Part shown: positions 10,253 to 20,130 of the stretch, one piece after another | How positions within the stretch are numbered: the first letter of the stretch is position 1 | Layout: each line of letters starts with the position of its first letter | Source: an uncultured Acidobacteriota bacterium | GTDB lineage: Bacteria; Acidobacteriota; JAQAZP01 | Direction of reading: 5' to 3' | Length of the DNA stretch: 64,000 nucleotides | Assembly: GCA_963836075.1 (NCBI GenBank) | Contig: CAWIIB010000001.1 | Location: 1,440,001-1,504,000 of the forward strand | Made by a program: the position numbers and the translations under genes | Notes under the pieces: model-generated | Seen by the model: only the letters and a program-made list of their open reading frames with translations | The model's database searches: none | What the model was told of the DNA's origin: nothing

Positions 10253-11209
10253 CTATTTCTTCTTTGTCTTCTTTTTCGATCCGCCGACGGAGGGAGCGGA
10301 CGAACCGAATGAGCCGGAAGAGGACGAAGACCCCTGGCTCACGTCGCCGCCGATGGACCGGCGGCCCTCGAGATCGGGACCCGGCCGGGGCAGGAACTCG
10401 CGGTAGGCTCTGGTGATCCGCGGCATCTGGTCCTTCTTCAGTTGCTCCACTGCCGACTGTTCATCGGGCAGGTCCAACCCCTTCCACTGCCCCGTGGCGA
10501 CCAGCGTTTCCATCACGCTCATCCCGCTCAGGTCGGCCGGCCCCAGGGCGGAGGGCAGCGGTTCGCGGACCCGGATCCCCACCGGCCAGCCGGCTTTTTT
10601 CTGCACCTGGACACTGTCCACATGTTCGGAGAGCGTATCCATCGCCTGGCGGCCGTTCAACCACCAGCCGCCGTACGGATAATCGACGAAGTAGAAGTTG
10701 TACTGCCACCAGCCCCAGTAGATGTCGTAGGGGAACCGGCCGTAATACCCGCCCCAGGCCCGCTCCCAGAAACCGCCGTGGAAATAAAACCAGGGATCGA
10801 AAAAATAGCCGCCGCCGAGGGTGTAGATCCGCCGCATCTCGTCGTAGGACGGGAGGTATGTGGGCACGGACCAGAAGAGGATCGGGTTGTAGTTCATCCG
10901 GCGGAGCTGGTCGTCGCGGAAGAGCCAGGGATAGGGGAAGAGGTCACGGACGGCCAGCGGGTGCAGGTCGGTCAGGGCCAGATCGATGTACCCCAGATCG
11001 TCGAACACCACGCGGTCGGTCATCACGCTGTGTGCCAGACCGAACTCCATGTGCCGCACCACGTAGTTCCAGCGGTAGCTGTGATACAGATTGAGGAACT
11101 GGGCCTCGGCATCGGCGGGGACAAGAAACGAGACCGCCAGGACAGCGGCCAGGATGAGCAGCATCCCCTGCATTGCCCGGCGGTTTCCATGGCTATCCGT
11201 CCTGTTCAA
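10253..11209 (-). CDS. Hypothetical secreted Trp/Tyr-rich protein
   Basis: AGGAG RBS before TTG, signal peptide (A-E-A), aromatic-rich core, Ser/Gly-rich tail ending in a Lys run. Confidence 0.7.
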   Translation of the reverse strand: MNRTDSHGNRRAMQGMLLILAAVLAVSFLVPADAEAQFLNLYHSYRWNYVVRHMEFGLAHSVMTDRVVFDDLGYIDLALTDLHPLAVRDLFPYPWLFRDDQLRRMNYNPILFWSVPTYLPSYDEMRRIYTLGGGYFFDPWFYFHGGFWERAWGGYYGRFPYDIYWGWWQYNFYFVDYPYGGWWLNGRQAMDTLSEHVDSVQVQKKAGWPVGIRVREPLPSALGPADLSGMSVMETLVATGQWKGLDLPDEQSAVEQLKKDQMPRITRAYREFLPRPGPDLEGRRSIGGDVSQGSSSSSGSFGSSAPSVGGSKKKTKKK

Positions 11210-11366
11210 CTCCGGTCTCCTTTGTCACCCCGGTGGCCCGATTCAGTGGACCATCCACGGATTTGACCACAACCTCAGTATAGCATGAGACTCTGTTTAC
11301 AGCGCCGGCACGAGGTGATACGGTTTTCACCGTTCCGGTCAGCACGTACCAGCGGATATACAATCG

Positions 11367-13547
11367 ATGCCTCTGCGTGACCCTCCAGTTGAAAGCACCA
11401 CCCGGCGAACCCGGCGCCGCAACCTCCTCCTGCTCGCCCTGCTCTTTGCCGCCGCGCTGGTGCCGCGGCTGATCTACCTGGCCGAGCTGCAGCACTCGCC
11501 GCTGCAGGATTTTCTCTCCCTGGACACCAGGACCCACCACCTGATGGCCCTGCGGATCGCCGAAACAGGCACCACCGGCGAGGACGTTTTCTTCCGCGCG
11601 CCGCTCTACCCCTACGCCGTGGGTCTCTTCTACAGCCTGTTCGGCGCCGGCCTTTTCCCGGTGCGGCTGGCCCAGGCCCTGCTGGGCGCCCTGGCTGCGC
11701 CGCTGACTTTTCTGCTGGGGCTCAGGCTGCTGGGCCGGGGCCAGGCCCTGGCCGCCGCATTGCTGGTGGCCGGCAACTGGGTAATGGTCTACTTCGGCGG
11801 CGAACTGCTGATCACCACCGTCCTCGTCCCGCTGGACCTGCTGGTCCTGCTGCTGCTCACCCGGCACGGCCAGGACCGCCAGCCCGGCACCGGAACACTG
11901 TTCGCCGCCGGGCTGGCCCTGGGCCTCTCCGCCCTGGCCCGGCCGAACATTCTGATCTTCCTGCCCGCCGCGGCGCTCTGGCTGGGCTGGCTGGCCGTCA
12001 CCCGGCGCGGCGAGCACACAACCGCCGGCGGCCGCATCGGAAAAACCCTGGCCTCCCGAGCCTTCCTCGCCCCCCTGCTGGCCCTGGTGCTGGGCACTGC
12101 GCTGATAGTGGCCCCGGTGACCATCCGCAACCTGGTCAAGGGCGGAGACCCGGTTCTGATCGCCTCCCAGGGCGGGATCAACTTCTTCCTCGGCAACAAC
12201 CCCGCGGCCAACGGCCGCGCGGCCATCGCCCCCTGCAGCTGGTCCGAGATCCCCGACGAATTCCGCCAACGGCATGCGGACAGCATCTGGGCTCACGAAC
12301 TGATCTGGGTCTCCGGCAACTACCTGGCCGAGAAGGAGACCGGCCGCACAGATCTCAAACCGTCCGAGGTCTCTTCCCACTGGTTCGGCCGGGCCGGGGC
12401 GTTCATCGCCGCCCAACCGGGCCGCGCTCTGGCGCTGTTGGGCCGCAAGGCCTTCTTCCTGCTCAACGCCTACGAGATCCCCAGCAACAAGGACATGGTG
12501 CACTTTATCCGCCAGAACCGCCTGGGGACCCTGAACCTGCTGGCCTTCGGCCTGCCCGGCCGCTTCCCCATGGGGCTGGCCCTGCCCCTGGCCCTGCTGG
12601 GCATGGGGTTCGCCCTGGCCAACTGGCGGAGGCACCTGCTCCTGCTGCTCTTCCTCGCCTCGTATTCGGCGGGGATCATCCTCTTTTTCGTCAACGCCCG
12701 TTACCGTGTCCCCCTTCTCCCCCCGGTCTTCATCTACGCCGTCCTGGCCGTGAATGAGCTGGCCCGCCGCTGGCGCCAAGGCCCGGCCGCGGGAAGGTTG
12801 AAACGCCTGGCTCCGCCGCTCATCGTGCTGCTGCTTCTCGGCCTGCTTTGCAACGCCGGCCTGTTCGACGTCCGCGACCCGGTGCTGCTGGGAACGCTGC
12901 ATTTCAACCTGGGGAACCACCACCTGAACAAGGAGGATTTCGATCTGGCCGAGGCAGCCTACAGCGAGGCGCTGCGTCTCAACCCCGGGCTGGTGGACGC
13001 CCGCAACAACCTGGCCAACATCTGCCTGCGCCGCGACGCTCTGCCTGAAGCGGCAGAGCACTTCACCGAAGCGCTGCGCTACAGCCCCGAGGACCCGGCG
13101 GTGCACTACCAACTGGGCGAGACGCTGAACCGCCTGGGCCGGCTCCCCGAAGCGGTGGCCTCGCTGCAGCAGGCCCTGCGTCTGGACCCGCGGATGTGGC
13201 AGGCAGCCTACCAGTTGGGCAACGCCGAGGCCCGCCGGGAGAACTGGCCGGAGGCCGGTGTTGCTTATGGCCAGGCCCTGGCCCTCCGGCCGGACCACGT
13301 GCCCAGCCGGTTCAATCTCGGGGCGCTGCTGCTGCAGACCGGAGACCTGGACGGCGCCCTGCGCGAACTCACCGAGACGCTGCGCCTCGACCCCGGACTG
13401 GCCGTCGCCCACTTCCGGCTGGCTGAACTGCACTACCGCCGCGGCGACACCGCAGCCATGGCCCGCGAGCTGCGCGAGGTGCTGCGCCTTGAGCCGGGAA
13501 ACGCCAACGCCCGCCGGATGCTGGACCGGCTCCAGGCAGACCAGTGA
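11367..13547 (+). CDS. GT-C fold glycosyltransferase (GT39/ArnT-like) with C-terminal TPRs
   Basis: FRAPLYPY, ARPN, GINF.LGNNP and RYRVP motifs, many TM helices, about 5-6 TPR repeats. Confidence 0.85.
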   Translation: MPLRDPPVESTTRRTRRRNLLLLALLFAAALVPRLIYLAELQHSPLQDFLSLDTRTHHLMALRIAETGTTGEDVFFRAPLYPYAVGLFYSLFGAGLFPVRLAQALLGALAAPLTFLLGLRLLGRGQALAAALLVAGNWVMVYFGGELLITTVLVPLDLLVLLLLTRHGQDRQPGTGTLFAAGLALGLSALARPNILIFLPAAALWLGWLAVTRRGEHTTAGGRIGKTLASRAFLAPLLALVLGTALIVAPVTIRNLVKGGDPVLIASQGGINFFLGNNPAANGRAAIAPCSWSEIPDEFRQRHADSIWAHELIWVSGNYLAEKETGRTDLKPSEVSSHWFGRAGAFIAAQPGRALALLGRKAFFLLNAYEIPSNKDMVHFIRQNRLGTLNLLAFGLPGRFPMGLALPLALLGMGFALANWRRHLLLLLFLASYSAGIILFFVNARYRVPLLPPVFIYAVLAVNELARRWRQGPAAGRLKRLAPPLIVLLLLGLLCNAGLFDVRDPVLLGTLHFNLGNHHLNKEDFDLAEAAYSEALRLNPGLVDARNNLANICLRRDALPEAAEHFTEALRYSPEDPAVHYQLGETLNRLGRLPEAVASLQQALRLDPRMWQAAYQLGNAEARRENWPEAGVAYGQALALRPDHVPSRFNLGALLLQTGDLDGALRELTETLRLDPGLAVAHFRLAELHYRRGDTAAMARELREVLRLEPGNANARRMLDRLQADQ

Positions 13548-13774
13548 ATGCAAAAAGTTTGGGTTGGGTCTTTTTCATTTTCTTCAGTGCACAAATTGCA
13601 CAAAGCTCACCGTGAATGAGCCATGCCGGGCAGTGTCTATTCGGCGACATAAAGGAGCGTAGCGCCAGGAGCGAAAATGGACACTGCCCGGCATAACCCG
13701 AATATGCATTGCAGCATCTGGCCCCATTCACCTATAATCCGCCGGTCGATGGCCACCACCGGAAGGATGCCGTA

Positions 13775-14428
13775 ATGTTCGAACCGAGGGACGAACTCTT
13801 TTTCCAGCGCGCCGAAGAAGTGGCTTCGGCCATGGAACAGCGCAACATGTCCGCCGCCATCCACACCTCGCTGGAGGAAACCCTGGAGGCGGTGATGAAG
13901 GAGATTCCCGACGGCTCGCTGGTGGGCCTGGGAGGGTCGATGACCCTCGAAGAACTGGGCCTGGTGGACCGGCTTCGCGAGGAGTCCGGCCGCATCTACC
14001 TCCTCGACCGCTACCGCGACAGTCTGGCCCCCGCGGAGCTGGAGGAGATCAAACGCCGGACGCTGACCTGCGATGTCTTCATCTGCAGCGCCAACGCGGT
14101 GACCATGCAGGGCGAACTGGTCTATGCCGACGGCGAGGGCAACCGTATCGCCGCCGTGCTCTACGGCCCGCAGAAGGTGATCGTGGTGATCGGGATCAAC
14201 AAGCTGGTCTCGGACATCGAGGAAGGCTACTGGCGAATCCGCGAAGTGGCCGCGCCGATGAACGCCAAGCGGATGGGTGCCGATACCCCCTGCCGCGAGA
14301 CCGGATTCTGCGACGAAGAGAACTGCGACCGCAAGGAACGGATCTGCAACATCCTGACCATCGTGGAAAGCCAGAACGACCCCGAGCGGATGTCGGTCCA
14401 CCTGGTGACCCAAGCGCTGGGGTATTGA
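13775..14428 (+). CDS. LUD-domain (lactate utilization C/YkgG family) protein
   Basis: GGSMTL, SANAVT..GELV..DG.GNR, GINK and C..TGFC...C motifs. Confidence 0.88.
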   Translation: MFEPRDELFFQRAEEVASAMEQRNMSAAIHTSLEETLEAVMKEIPDGSLVGLGGSMTLEELGLVDRLREESGRIYLLDRYRDSLAPAELEEIKRRTLTCDVFICSANAVTMQGELVYADGEGNRIAAVLYGPQKVIVVIGINKLVSDIEEGYWRIREVAAPMNAKRMGADTPCRETGFCDEENCDRKERICNILTIVESQNDPERMSVHLVTQALGY

Positions 14429-14457
14429 GAGGTCAAGACGGTTTCAGCGGCCGCAGG

Positions 14458-15495
14458 TCAGGCGTCCCCACCCCCCATGCCGATCCCGTCCACTCCCGCT
14501 CCGCACCCGGGGCAGCATGAGCCGGCGGTGACCCGGTTCTCCCGTACGGTGAAACCGGCCCGGCGGATCAGCAGGGCGCCGCACTTCCAGCAGAAGGTGC
14601 TCTCCCGGTCCTCCCCGGGTAGATTCCCGCAATAGACGTACCGCAACCCGGCCTGCAGACCGATCTCCACTGCCCGGTGGATGGTGTCCGGGGGTGTGGC
14701 CGCGGCATCCCGGTAGCGGTGGCCCGGGTGGAATCGGCTGACGTGCCAGGGGGTCTCCGCACCGAGGGTGCCGTTGATATACCGGGCGATCTCTCGCAGT
14801 TCGCCTGTGGAATCGTTGAGCCCGGGGATCACCAGGGTGGTCACCTCGACCCAGACCCCCCGCTCCTTCATCCGCTCCAGGGTGTCGAGCACCGGCCGCA
14901 ACCGGCCGCCTATGGCCTCGCGGTAGGTTCTGTCGCTGAAGGCTTTGAGGTCCACATTGGCGCAGGTCAGGTTGCCGTCGAGGAAGTCCAGAGCCTCTTC
15001 GGTCATGAAGCCGTTGGTGACAAAGACGGTGTACAGTCCGGCGGCCCGCGCTTGGCGGCAGACCTCGGCGGCGTATTCGAAGTAGACGGTGGGCTCGGTA
15101 TAGGTGCAGGAGACGCTGCGGCAGCCCCGGTCTGCCGCAGCGTCCACCAGCAGTTCCGGCGGGGCCTCCTGGCCGCTGATTCCACACTCCCGGGCCTGGG
15201 AGATGGTGTGGTTCTGGCAGAAACTGCACTGGAAGTTGCACCCCACCGAGGCAAAGGAAAATGAGTCGTGGCCCGGCAGGCAGTGGAAAATCGGTTTCTT
15301 CTCGATGGGATCGATGCCCGCCGAGGCCGACAGGCCGTAGACCAGGCTGTACAGAGTGCCGGCCTCGTTCCGGCGGACCCCGCAGATGCCGGTCCGGCCC
15401 GGCTCGATGACACAGCGGTGGTGGCAGAGGTTGCACTGGACCCGCTCCCGGTCCAGCCGGCTGTACAGCACGGCCTCGATCCGCGGCTGATCCAT
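14458..15495 (-). CDS. amrS: AmmeMemoRadiSam system radical SAM enzyme
   Basis: C.LC.H.C.I..G..GICGVR.N, DPIEKKP, GCNFQCSFCQN, YTEP, EVTTLVIPG and PWHVSRFHP motifs. True start ATG 15495 is coupled to the upstream TGA. Confidence 0.92.
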   Translation of the reverse strand: MDQPRIEAVLYSRLDRERVQCNLCHHRCVIEPGRTGICGVRRNEAGTLYSLVYGLSASAGIDPIEKKPIFHCLPGHDSFSFASVGCNFQCSFCQNHTISQARECGISGQEAPPELLVDAAADRGCRSVSCTYTEPTVYFEYAAEVCRQARAAGLYTVFVTNGFMTEEALDFLDGNLTCANVDLKAFSDRTYREAIGGRLRPVLDTLERMKERGVWVEVTTLVIPGLNDSTGELREIARYINGTLGAETPWHVSRFHPGHRYRDAAATPPDTIHRAVEIGLQAGLRYVYCGNLPGEDRESTFCWKCGALLIRRAGFTVRENRVTAGSCCPGCGAGVDGIGMGGGDA

Positions 15496-17180
15496 CACAC
15501 CCCCTCTTCCTCTGTCCCGGCGGCCTCGGGCAGGCCCACGGCACGGCAGTAATCGGCCCACAACCCCTGGCGACCAGCCAGGTTCACCAAAGGCTCCCAG
15601 GGGAAGGCCGTATCCCTGGCCCGCGCCCGGTGGAGCAGCCTGTTGACATCGATCCCCTCGTCGGCCGCGGCATTGCGCCAGCTCTGTCCCTGGTCGAGGG
15701 CCCGGAGCAGCACCCGGGCCATCTCCTCCCCGCCCAGGGCCATCATTCCCTGGGCCAGCGCCGGCACCACCCCCCCGGCCTGCAGCTGGAGGTTCGGCGC
15801 CTTCTCCTGTTTCACCGCCTTGCCCAATAGCCTGATCCGGGCCTTCAACTCTCCGGCGGTCAGCATCGGCGCCCACTGAAACGGCGTGTGCGGCCGGGGC
15901 ACAAAGGGCTTGACCGCAGCGGCCACGGTGAGACCCGGAAGATGACCGGCGGCGGCTCGGGCCAGTTGGGCGGCGAAGCGGGCGATCTCCCGCACGTCCT
16001 CCTCTTGCTCCCCGGGCAGGCCGATGATGAAGTAGAGCTTGAGGCGCTTGAACGGCCGACCCCGCACCGCCCCCAACCGGCGGACGAACTCGAAGTAGTC
16101 CTCCTCCTTCTCCCGCTTCCCCACCAGTGCCCGCAGACGTGCCGAGCCGGCTTCGGGAGCAATGGTCACCGTTTTCTGGCCGCTGGCGGCCAGGGCCTGA
16201 AGCAGGCGGTTGCTGGTGGAGGATGCGCGCAGGGAGGGTAGGGAGACCGGGATGCCGTCTTCCAGGGCCAGACGGCAGATCTCGTCCAGCTGCGGGTGGT
16301 TCGCCGCCGATGAGGCCACCAGCCCCACCCGGTTCCAGCCATCCCGGGGCAGGTCGAGGATCGTCCGGCGGAGCAGCCCGGCATCGGACCAGAGCGGACG
16401 GCCCATACCGCAACCCACCAGGCAAAAACGGCAGTGCCAGGGACAGCCGCGGCCGGTCTCCGCCAGCAGCATGCTGCCAAACTCGGTCTGCGGGGTGACC
16501 AGCACCGAGTGGGCCGGGCGCCGCCGGGTGGAGACCGGCCCGGCGCTGACCCGGGTCACCGGCCGTGACGGGGCCAGTGCCGGGACCAGCAGCCCCTCCA
16601 TGCCGGCCAATTGCTCCAGCAGTTCCTGGCGGCTGCTCCCCTGCCGGTCAAAGATCACCTCCATCGCCCGGGGCCCGATAACCTCGGCATCGCCCACAAA
16701 GACCAGGTCGATGAAGGGGGCCAGCGGGGCCGGATTCATGGCGGCGCAGACTCCGCCGGCGGCCACCAGCGGATCGTGCTCACCGCGGTCCGCCGCCATC
16801 CGCGGCACGCCGGTGAGGTCGAGCATGCGCACCAGGTTCAGCAGGTCCAGTTCGTAACTCAGGGAAAAGGCCACCAACCGGGCGGCGGAGACCGGCGCAC
16901 CGCCCTCCAGGGTGTAGAGCGGTGTGCGGGTCCGCAGGTGGGTCTCCAGCTCGGTATCCCCGGGGAGAAAGACGCGGTCCACCGGTCCGGGCACATGGCG
17001 CCGCATCATGCCGTACACCGCCTGGAACCCGAGGCTGGCCATGCCGGTGCGGTAGTGGTTGGGGTAGGCCAGTACGGCCAGCGGGCTGGTACCCGGTTCC
17101 AGGGGGGTGGCGACGGGGTCGAGCACCGTCTCCTGTTCGATCAGCGCCCGGCCGGCGGTGATGATTTCTCGCTGCGTCAC
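15495..17180 (-). CDS. B12-binding-like radical SAM protein
   Basis: YPNHYRTGMASLG, SLSYELD, ETGRGCPWHCRFC, TIAPEAGS, KLYFIIGLP and PFVPRPHTPFQW motifs. Confidence 0.88.
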   Translation of the reverse strand: MTQREIITAGRALIEQETVLDPVATPLEPGTSPLAVLAYPNHYRTGMASLGFQAVYGMMRRHVPGPVDRVFLPGDTELETHLRTRTPLYTLEGGAPVSAARLVAFSLSYELDLLNLVRMLDLTGVPRMAADRGEHDPLVAAGGVCAAMNPAPLAPFIDLVFVGDAEVIGPRAMEVIFDRQGSSRQELLEQLAGMEGLLVPALAPSRPVTRVSAGPVSTRRRPAHSVLVTPQTEFGSMLLAETGRGCPWHCRFCLVGCGMGRPLWSDAGLLRRTILDLPRDGWNRVGLVASSAANHPQLDEICRLALEDGIPVSLPSLRASSTSNRLLQALAASGQKTVTIAPEAGSARLRALVGKREKEEDYFEFVRRLGAVRGRPFKRLKLYFIIGLPGEQEEDVREIARFAAQLARAAAGHLPGLTVAAAVKPFVPRPHTPFQWAPMLTAGELKARIRLLGKAVKQEKAPNLQLQAGGVVPALAQGMMALGGEEMARVLLRALDQGQSWRNAAADEGIDVNRLLHRARARDTAFPWEPLVNLAGRQGLWADYCRAVGLPEAAGTEEEGV

Positions 17181-19315
17181 GGTCCGCCCCCCTGGTGGTG
17201 TTCCTGCAGAGCGTCAAGATTGCGCCGGGCCTCTGCGTAGCCCGGGTCGAGGGCCAGCGCCTGCCCCAGGTGTTCCTCGGCCTCGGCCAGTTGCCCCATG
17301 GAGACATGGATCGCAGCAAGGTTGTTGTGCAGCACCGCCGCCGGAGCGCCCAGACGGAAACAGGTATTGTACTGCTCCAGCGCAGCCTGGTAATCCCCCA
17401 GGCGATGGAGCAGCGCACCAAATTCCATCCTCACCCCCGGGTCCCCCGGGGCAAGATCCACGGCCTGGCCCAGCAACCGGCCGGCCTCTTCCGGCAGCCC
17501 ACCGGCAATGAGGGCCGCTGCCGCGTAACGCAGCACCCACTTTGAATCGTAACCGATGGCGGCGGCGTGGAAATACTCTTCCTCCGCCTGGTCCGAGAGA
17601 CCCCAGGAACGATACATGTCCGCCTCGTACAGACGGTAGGTGGCCAGCACCTGCCGGGCATCCTGCCAGATACGGCCGCGGCCGACGCGATGCTCTCCGC
17701 GGAAGCGGTAGCTTCCGAACAGCTGGGACGGGTCCCCGGCCCAGCCGGTGCCGGCCGCCGCCAGCAGAATCCCGGCCTGTTCCATCCGCACCGAGCGGTT
17801 CATGCGGTGGGTGTAGAAGACCGGTGCCGGCGCCCCGGCGATAATCCCGGCGTCCACCTCGTCGAGACGCGCCTGGAGTTCCGGGGGCGGCAGGTGTCGC
17901 CAGTTGTAGAGGTCGTATTCGTCACCGAACAGGTTGCCCGCCCGGTCGTGGAGCACCAGATCCCTGCGCTCCCCTTCCACCCGGGTGAGATAGAGCAGCG
18001 GGAATAGGTCAAGATAATGAAAGGCCACCAGGTGCGAGTTCTCGGGCATGGTGGCCAGCATGTTCCGGGCATGGTCGGCGGCGGGCGCGATACGGCTCTT
18101 GTCCTGCCGGGGGAAGATCAACAGGGCCCGGCCGGCCGGAATGATCAGAAGCAGGCACCAGACCAGGACGGTGAACAGCGGCAGGGGCAGACGGTTCTCC
18201 CGAACCAGGCAGTGGGCCGCCAGCCCCACCAGATATTGCACGCCCAGCGCCAGGGCGGCCGCTCCGGCAATACAGGCCGGCAGGAGGTAGCGATACATCA
18301 GGTGCAGGTCGTCCTGGTTGCCGTAGGCCACCACCATGGCCAGGTTGAGCAGTACCAGCAGGAGCAGCCCCAGCAGCACGAACCGGCGACGGTGCCAGAG
18401 AACCCAGGCCCCGACGACGGCCAGTAACGTGCCGGCGGCGCTGAACTCGGCGGCCAGCAGTCCGAGGGCCTGCTTCACCGCCAGCCATGACTGGTATGGA
18501 GTGCGGGTGAATTCCTTGTATCCCCATTGCCCCTGGGTGATGTAAAAGAAAAAGCGCTCCGGACTGTCCGGCCGCGACCAGTTGAGCTCGGGTCCGGCGC
18601 CGGCGCGCAACGGGATGTAAAGGTAGAAGAGCAGCGGCAGGAGGAACGCGGCAACGCAGAGCGGGTAGAGCAGGCGCGAACGGAGGAACCGCCGGTCGGC
18701 GCCCAGCAGGATCAGCGGCAGCGCCGGCAAGACCAGCAGGCCGCTGAAGTGCACCGCCGCGGCCAGCCCGGCGGCGAGGAAGGCCAGCACCGCGGATCGC
18801 CGGTCGCCGCGCCAGGACCCGTGAACGGCCAGGGTCAGGGCCAGGGCGACGAAGCAGGCGGCCATGGTGTAGACCTTGGCTTCCGTGGCGTGGTCCCACA
18901 TGGTGGGCAGAAAGCCGACAAACAGCGCGCAACCGGCGGCCAGCGGCTTGTACTGCCCCAGGGCACGGACGAGGAAGTAGACCGCCACCGCGGTGAGGGC
19001 GCCGAAGATGGCGGAGAACACGTTGAGCTTGAACGCCAGGTCCCCGAAGGGAAAGACGAGGGTGAACAGTTTGCCGGTGAGCAGGAAGAGGGGAAAGCCG
19101 GTGGGATGGGGTACGCCAAGAGTGACCGTGGCGGTGATCAGTTCGCCGCTGTCGCCGAAGGTGACGGTGGGGGCCACGGTTTTGAGATAGACCGCGAACA
19201 CCGTTGCAAAAAGCAGCAGCCCGAGGTAGCGATCGTTCTGGTCGGGACGCGGGTTCTCCACCAGGCGGGGGACCGCCAGGTCCAGGGATCGCCGGAGTTG
19301 TGGAAAGAACGGCAT
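17177..19315 (-). CDS. DUF2723 / TMEM260-like GT-C glycosyltransferase with TPRs
   Basis: TVAPTVTFGDSGEL...LGVPHPTGFP, EAKVY and YLYIPLRA motifs, multiple TMs, C-terminal TPRs. Confidence 0.85.
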   Translation of the reverse strand: MPFFPQLRRSLDLAVPRLVENPRPDQNDRYLGLLLFATVFAVYLKTVAPTVTFGDSGELITATVTLGVPHPTGFPLFLLTGKLFTLVFPFGDLAFKLNVFSAIFGALTAVAVYFLVRALGQYKPLAAGCALFVGFLPTMWDHATEAKVYTMAACFVALALTLAVHGSWRGDRRSAVLAFLAAGLAAAVHFSGLLVLPALPLILLGADRRFLRSRLLYPLCVAAFLLPLLFYLYIPLRAGAGPELNWSRPDSPERFFFYITQGQWGYKEFTRTPYQSWLAVKQALGLLAAEFSAAGTLLAVVGAWVLWHRRRFVLLGLLLLVLLNLAMVVAYGNQDDLHLMYRYLLPACIAGAAALALGVQYLVGLAAHCLVRENRLPLPLFTVLVWCLLLIIPAGRALLIFPRQDKSRIAPAADHARNMLATMPENSHLVAFHYLDLFPLLYLTRVEGERRDLVLHDRAGNLFGDEYDLYNWRHLPPPELQARLDEVDAGIIAGAPAPVFYTHRMNRSVRMEQAGILLAAAGTGWAGDPSQLFGSYRFRGEHRVGRGRIWQDARQVLATYRLYEADMYRSWGLSDQAEEEYFHAAAIGYDSKWVLRYAAAALIAGGLPEEAGRLLGQAVDLAPGDPGVRMEFGALLHRLGDYQAALEQYNTCFRLGAPAAVLHNNLAAIHVSMGQLAEAEEHLGQALALDPGYAEARRNLDALQEHHQGGGP

Positions 19316-19373
19316 GGAGATCCTCCTCCGCCCGGGGATGGCGGGCGCGGCCGGAGGGGGCCGAACCGCCGGT

Positions 19374-20126
19374 TCAGCCCAGCAGCCCGCCCCTGGAATT
19401 CTCCACGCCGCTGATGTAGCGGATCAGCCGCAGGTGGTTTTCGGTTGAGATCCGGTCAAAGGTCAGGACGTAGAGCGGCCCGTCACCGGGGCGGCTCACC
19501 GCCCGTTTGGCGTCGGCGATGGCCTTCACCGTCCCGGAGGCCCGGACCTCCCCCCCTCCCGGCAGATAGAGCGTGATCTCGGGCAGCACCTGCCCTCTGG
19601 CCAGCAATGACCCGTCCTCGTCTCCGTCCAGTTCCCCGACGCAGGAAAACCCGCCCGAGCTGAGCGAGATCACCAGAAAATTGATCGTGCTTCCCGGGGG
19701 CTTGCCCGGTGCGTCGTCGGGGATCAGGACTCGGAACTCATCCGCCGGTTCAAAATAGACGCGCAGCGCCGTCCGCCGCTGGGTCACCTCCAGTTCCGCC
19801 GGATACCCCAGCTTCAACGCATCCCCGATCCGCTCCTGGAGCGAGGTGCGGAACCGGAAATAGCCGCGCGGCGTGCAGAAGGTGGTGAGCAGAATCGTCT
19901 CCGACTGCAGCTGGATGTTTTTGGCCATCTGCTCCAGGTCATCCACCAGCAGGTAGCTTTCGGTGCTGGAGTATCGCGACTTGATAAGCCGGCCCCGGAC
20001 CCGCGGTCCGTTGTCGTCCCCTTCCAGCTGGAGCTCCACCTGGGTCAGCCGCCGGGAAGCATCCTCGAGGTTGAACCGGATATCGCTGACCCGTTTCAGT
20101 GTGCGCATTGATGACGAGTGAGGCAT
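19374..20126 (-). CDS. PilZ-like / flagellar-brake-type protein
   Basis: QRRTALRV (RxxxR) and SLSSGGF (degenerate D/NxSxxG) motifs. YcgR-like architecture. Start chosen next to the STAS stop. Confidence 0.6.
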   Translation of the reverse strand: MPHSSSMRTLKRVSDIRFNLEDASRRLTQVELQLEGDDNGPRVRGRLIKSRYSSTESYLLVDDLEQMAKNIQLQSETILLTTFCTPRGYFRFRTSLQERIGDALKLGYPAELEVTQRRTALRVYFEPADEFRVLIPDDAPGKPPGSTINFLVISLSSGGFSCVGELDGDEDGSLLARGQVLPEITLYLPGGGEVRASGTVKAIADAKRAVSRPGDGPLYVLTFDRISTENHLRLIRYISGVENSRGGLLG

Positions 20127-20130
20127 GGCT

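Noticed and set aside
11193-13553. Long antisense or overlapping ORFs (e.g. 11193-13553 -, 8426-10006 +, 59745-61199 +, 13-690 +)
   Set aside because: Shadow ORFs of real genes caused by high GC3. They carry no motifs.
14458-16425. Long N-terminal extensions of amrS, the M14 peptidase (to 56218) and the polyferredoxin (from 302)
   Set aside because: The extensions overlap neighbouring genes. Family motifs, RBS or translational coupling support the shorter starts.
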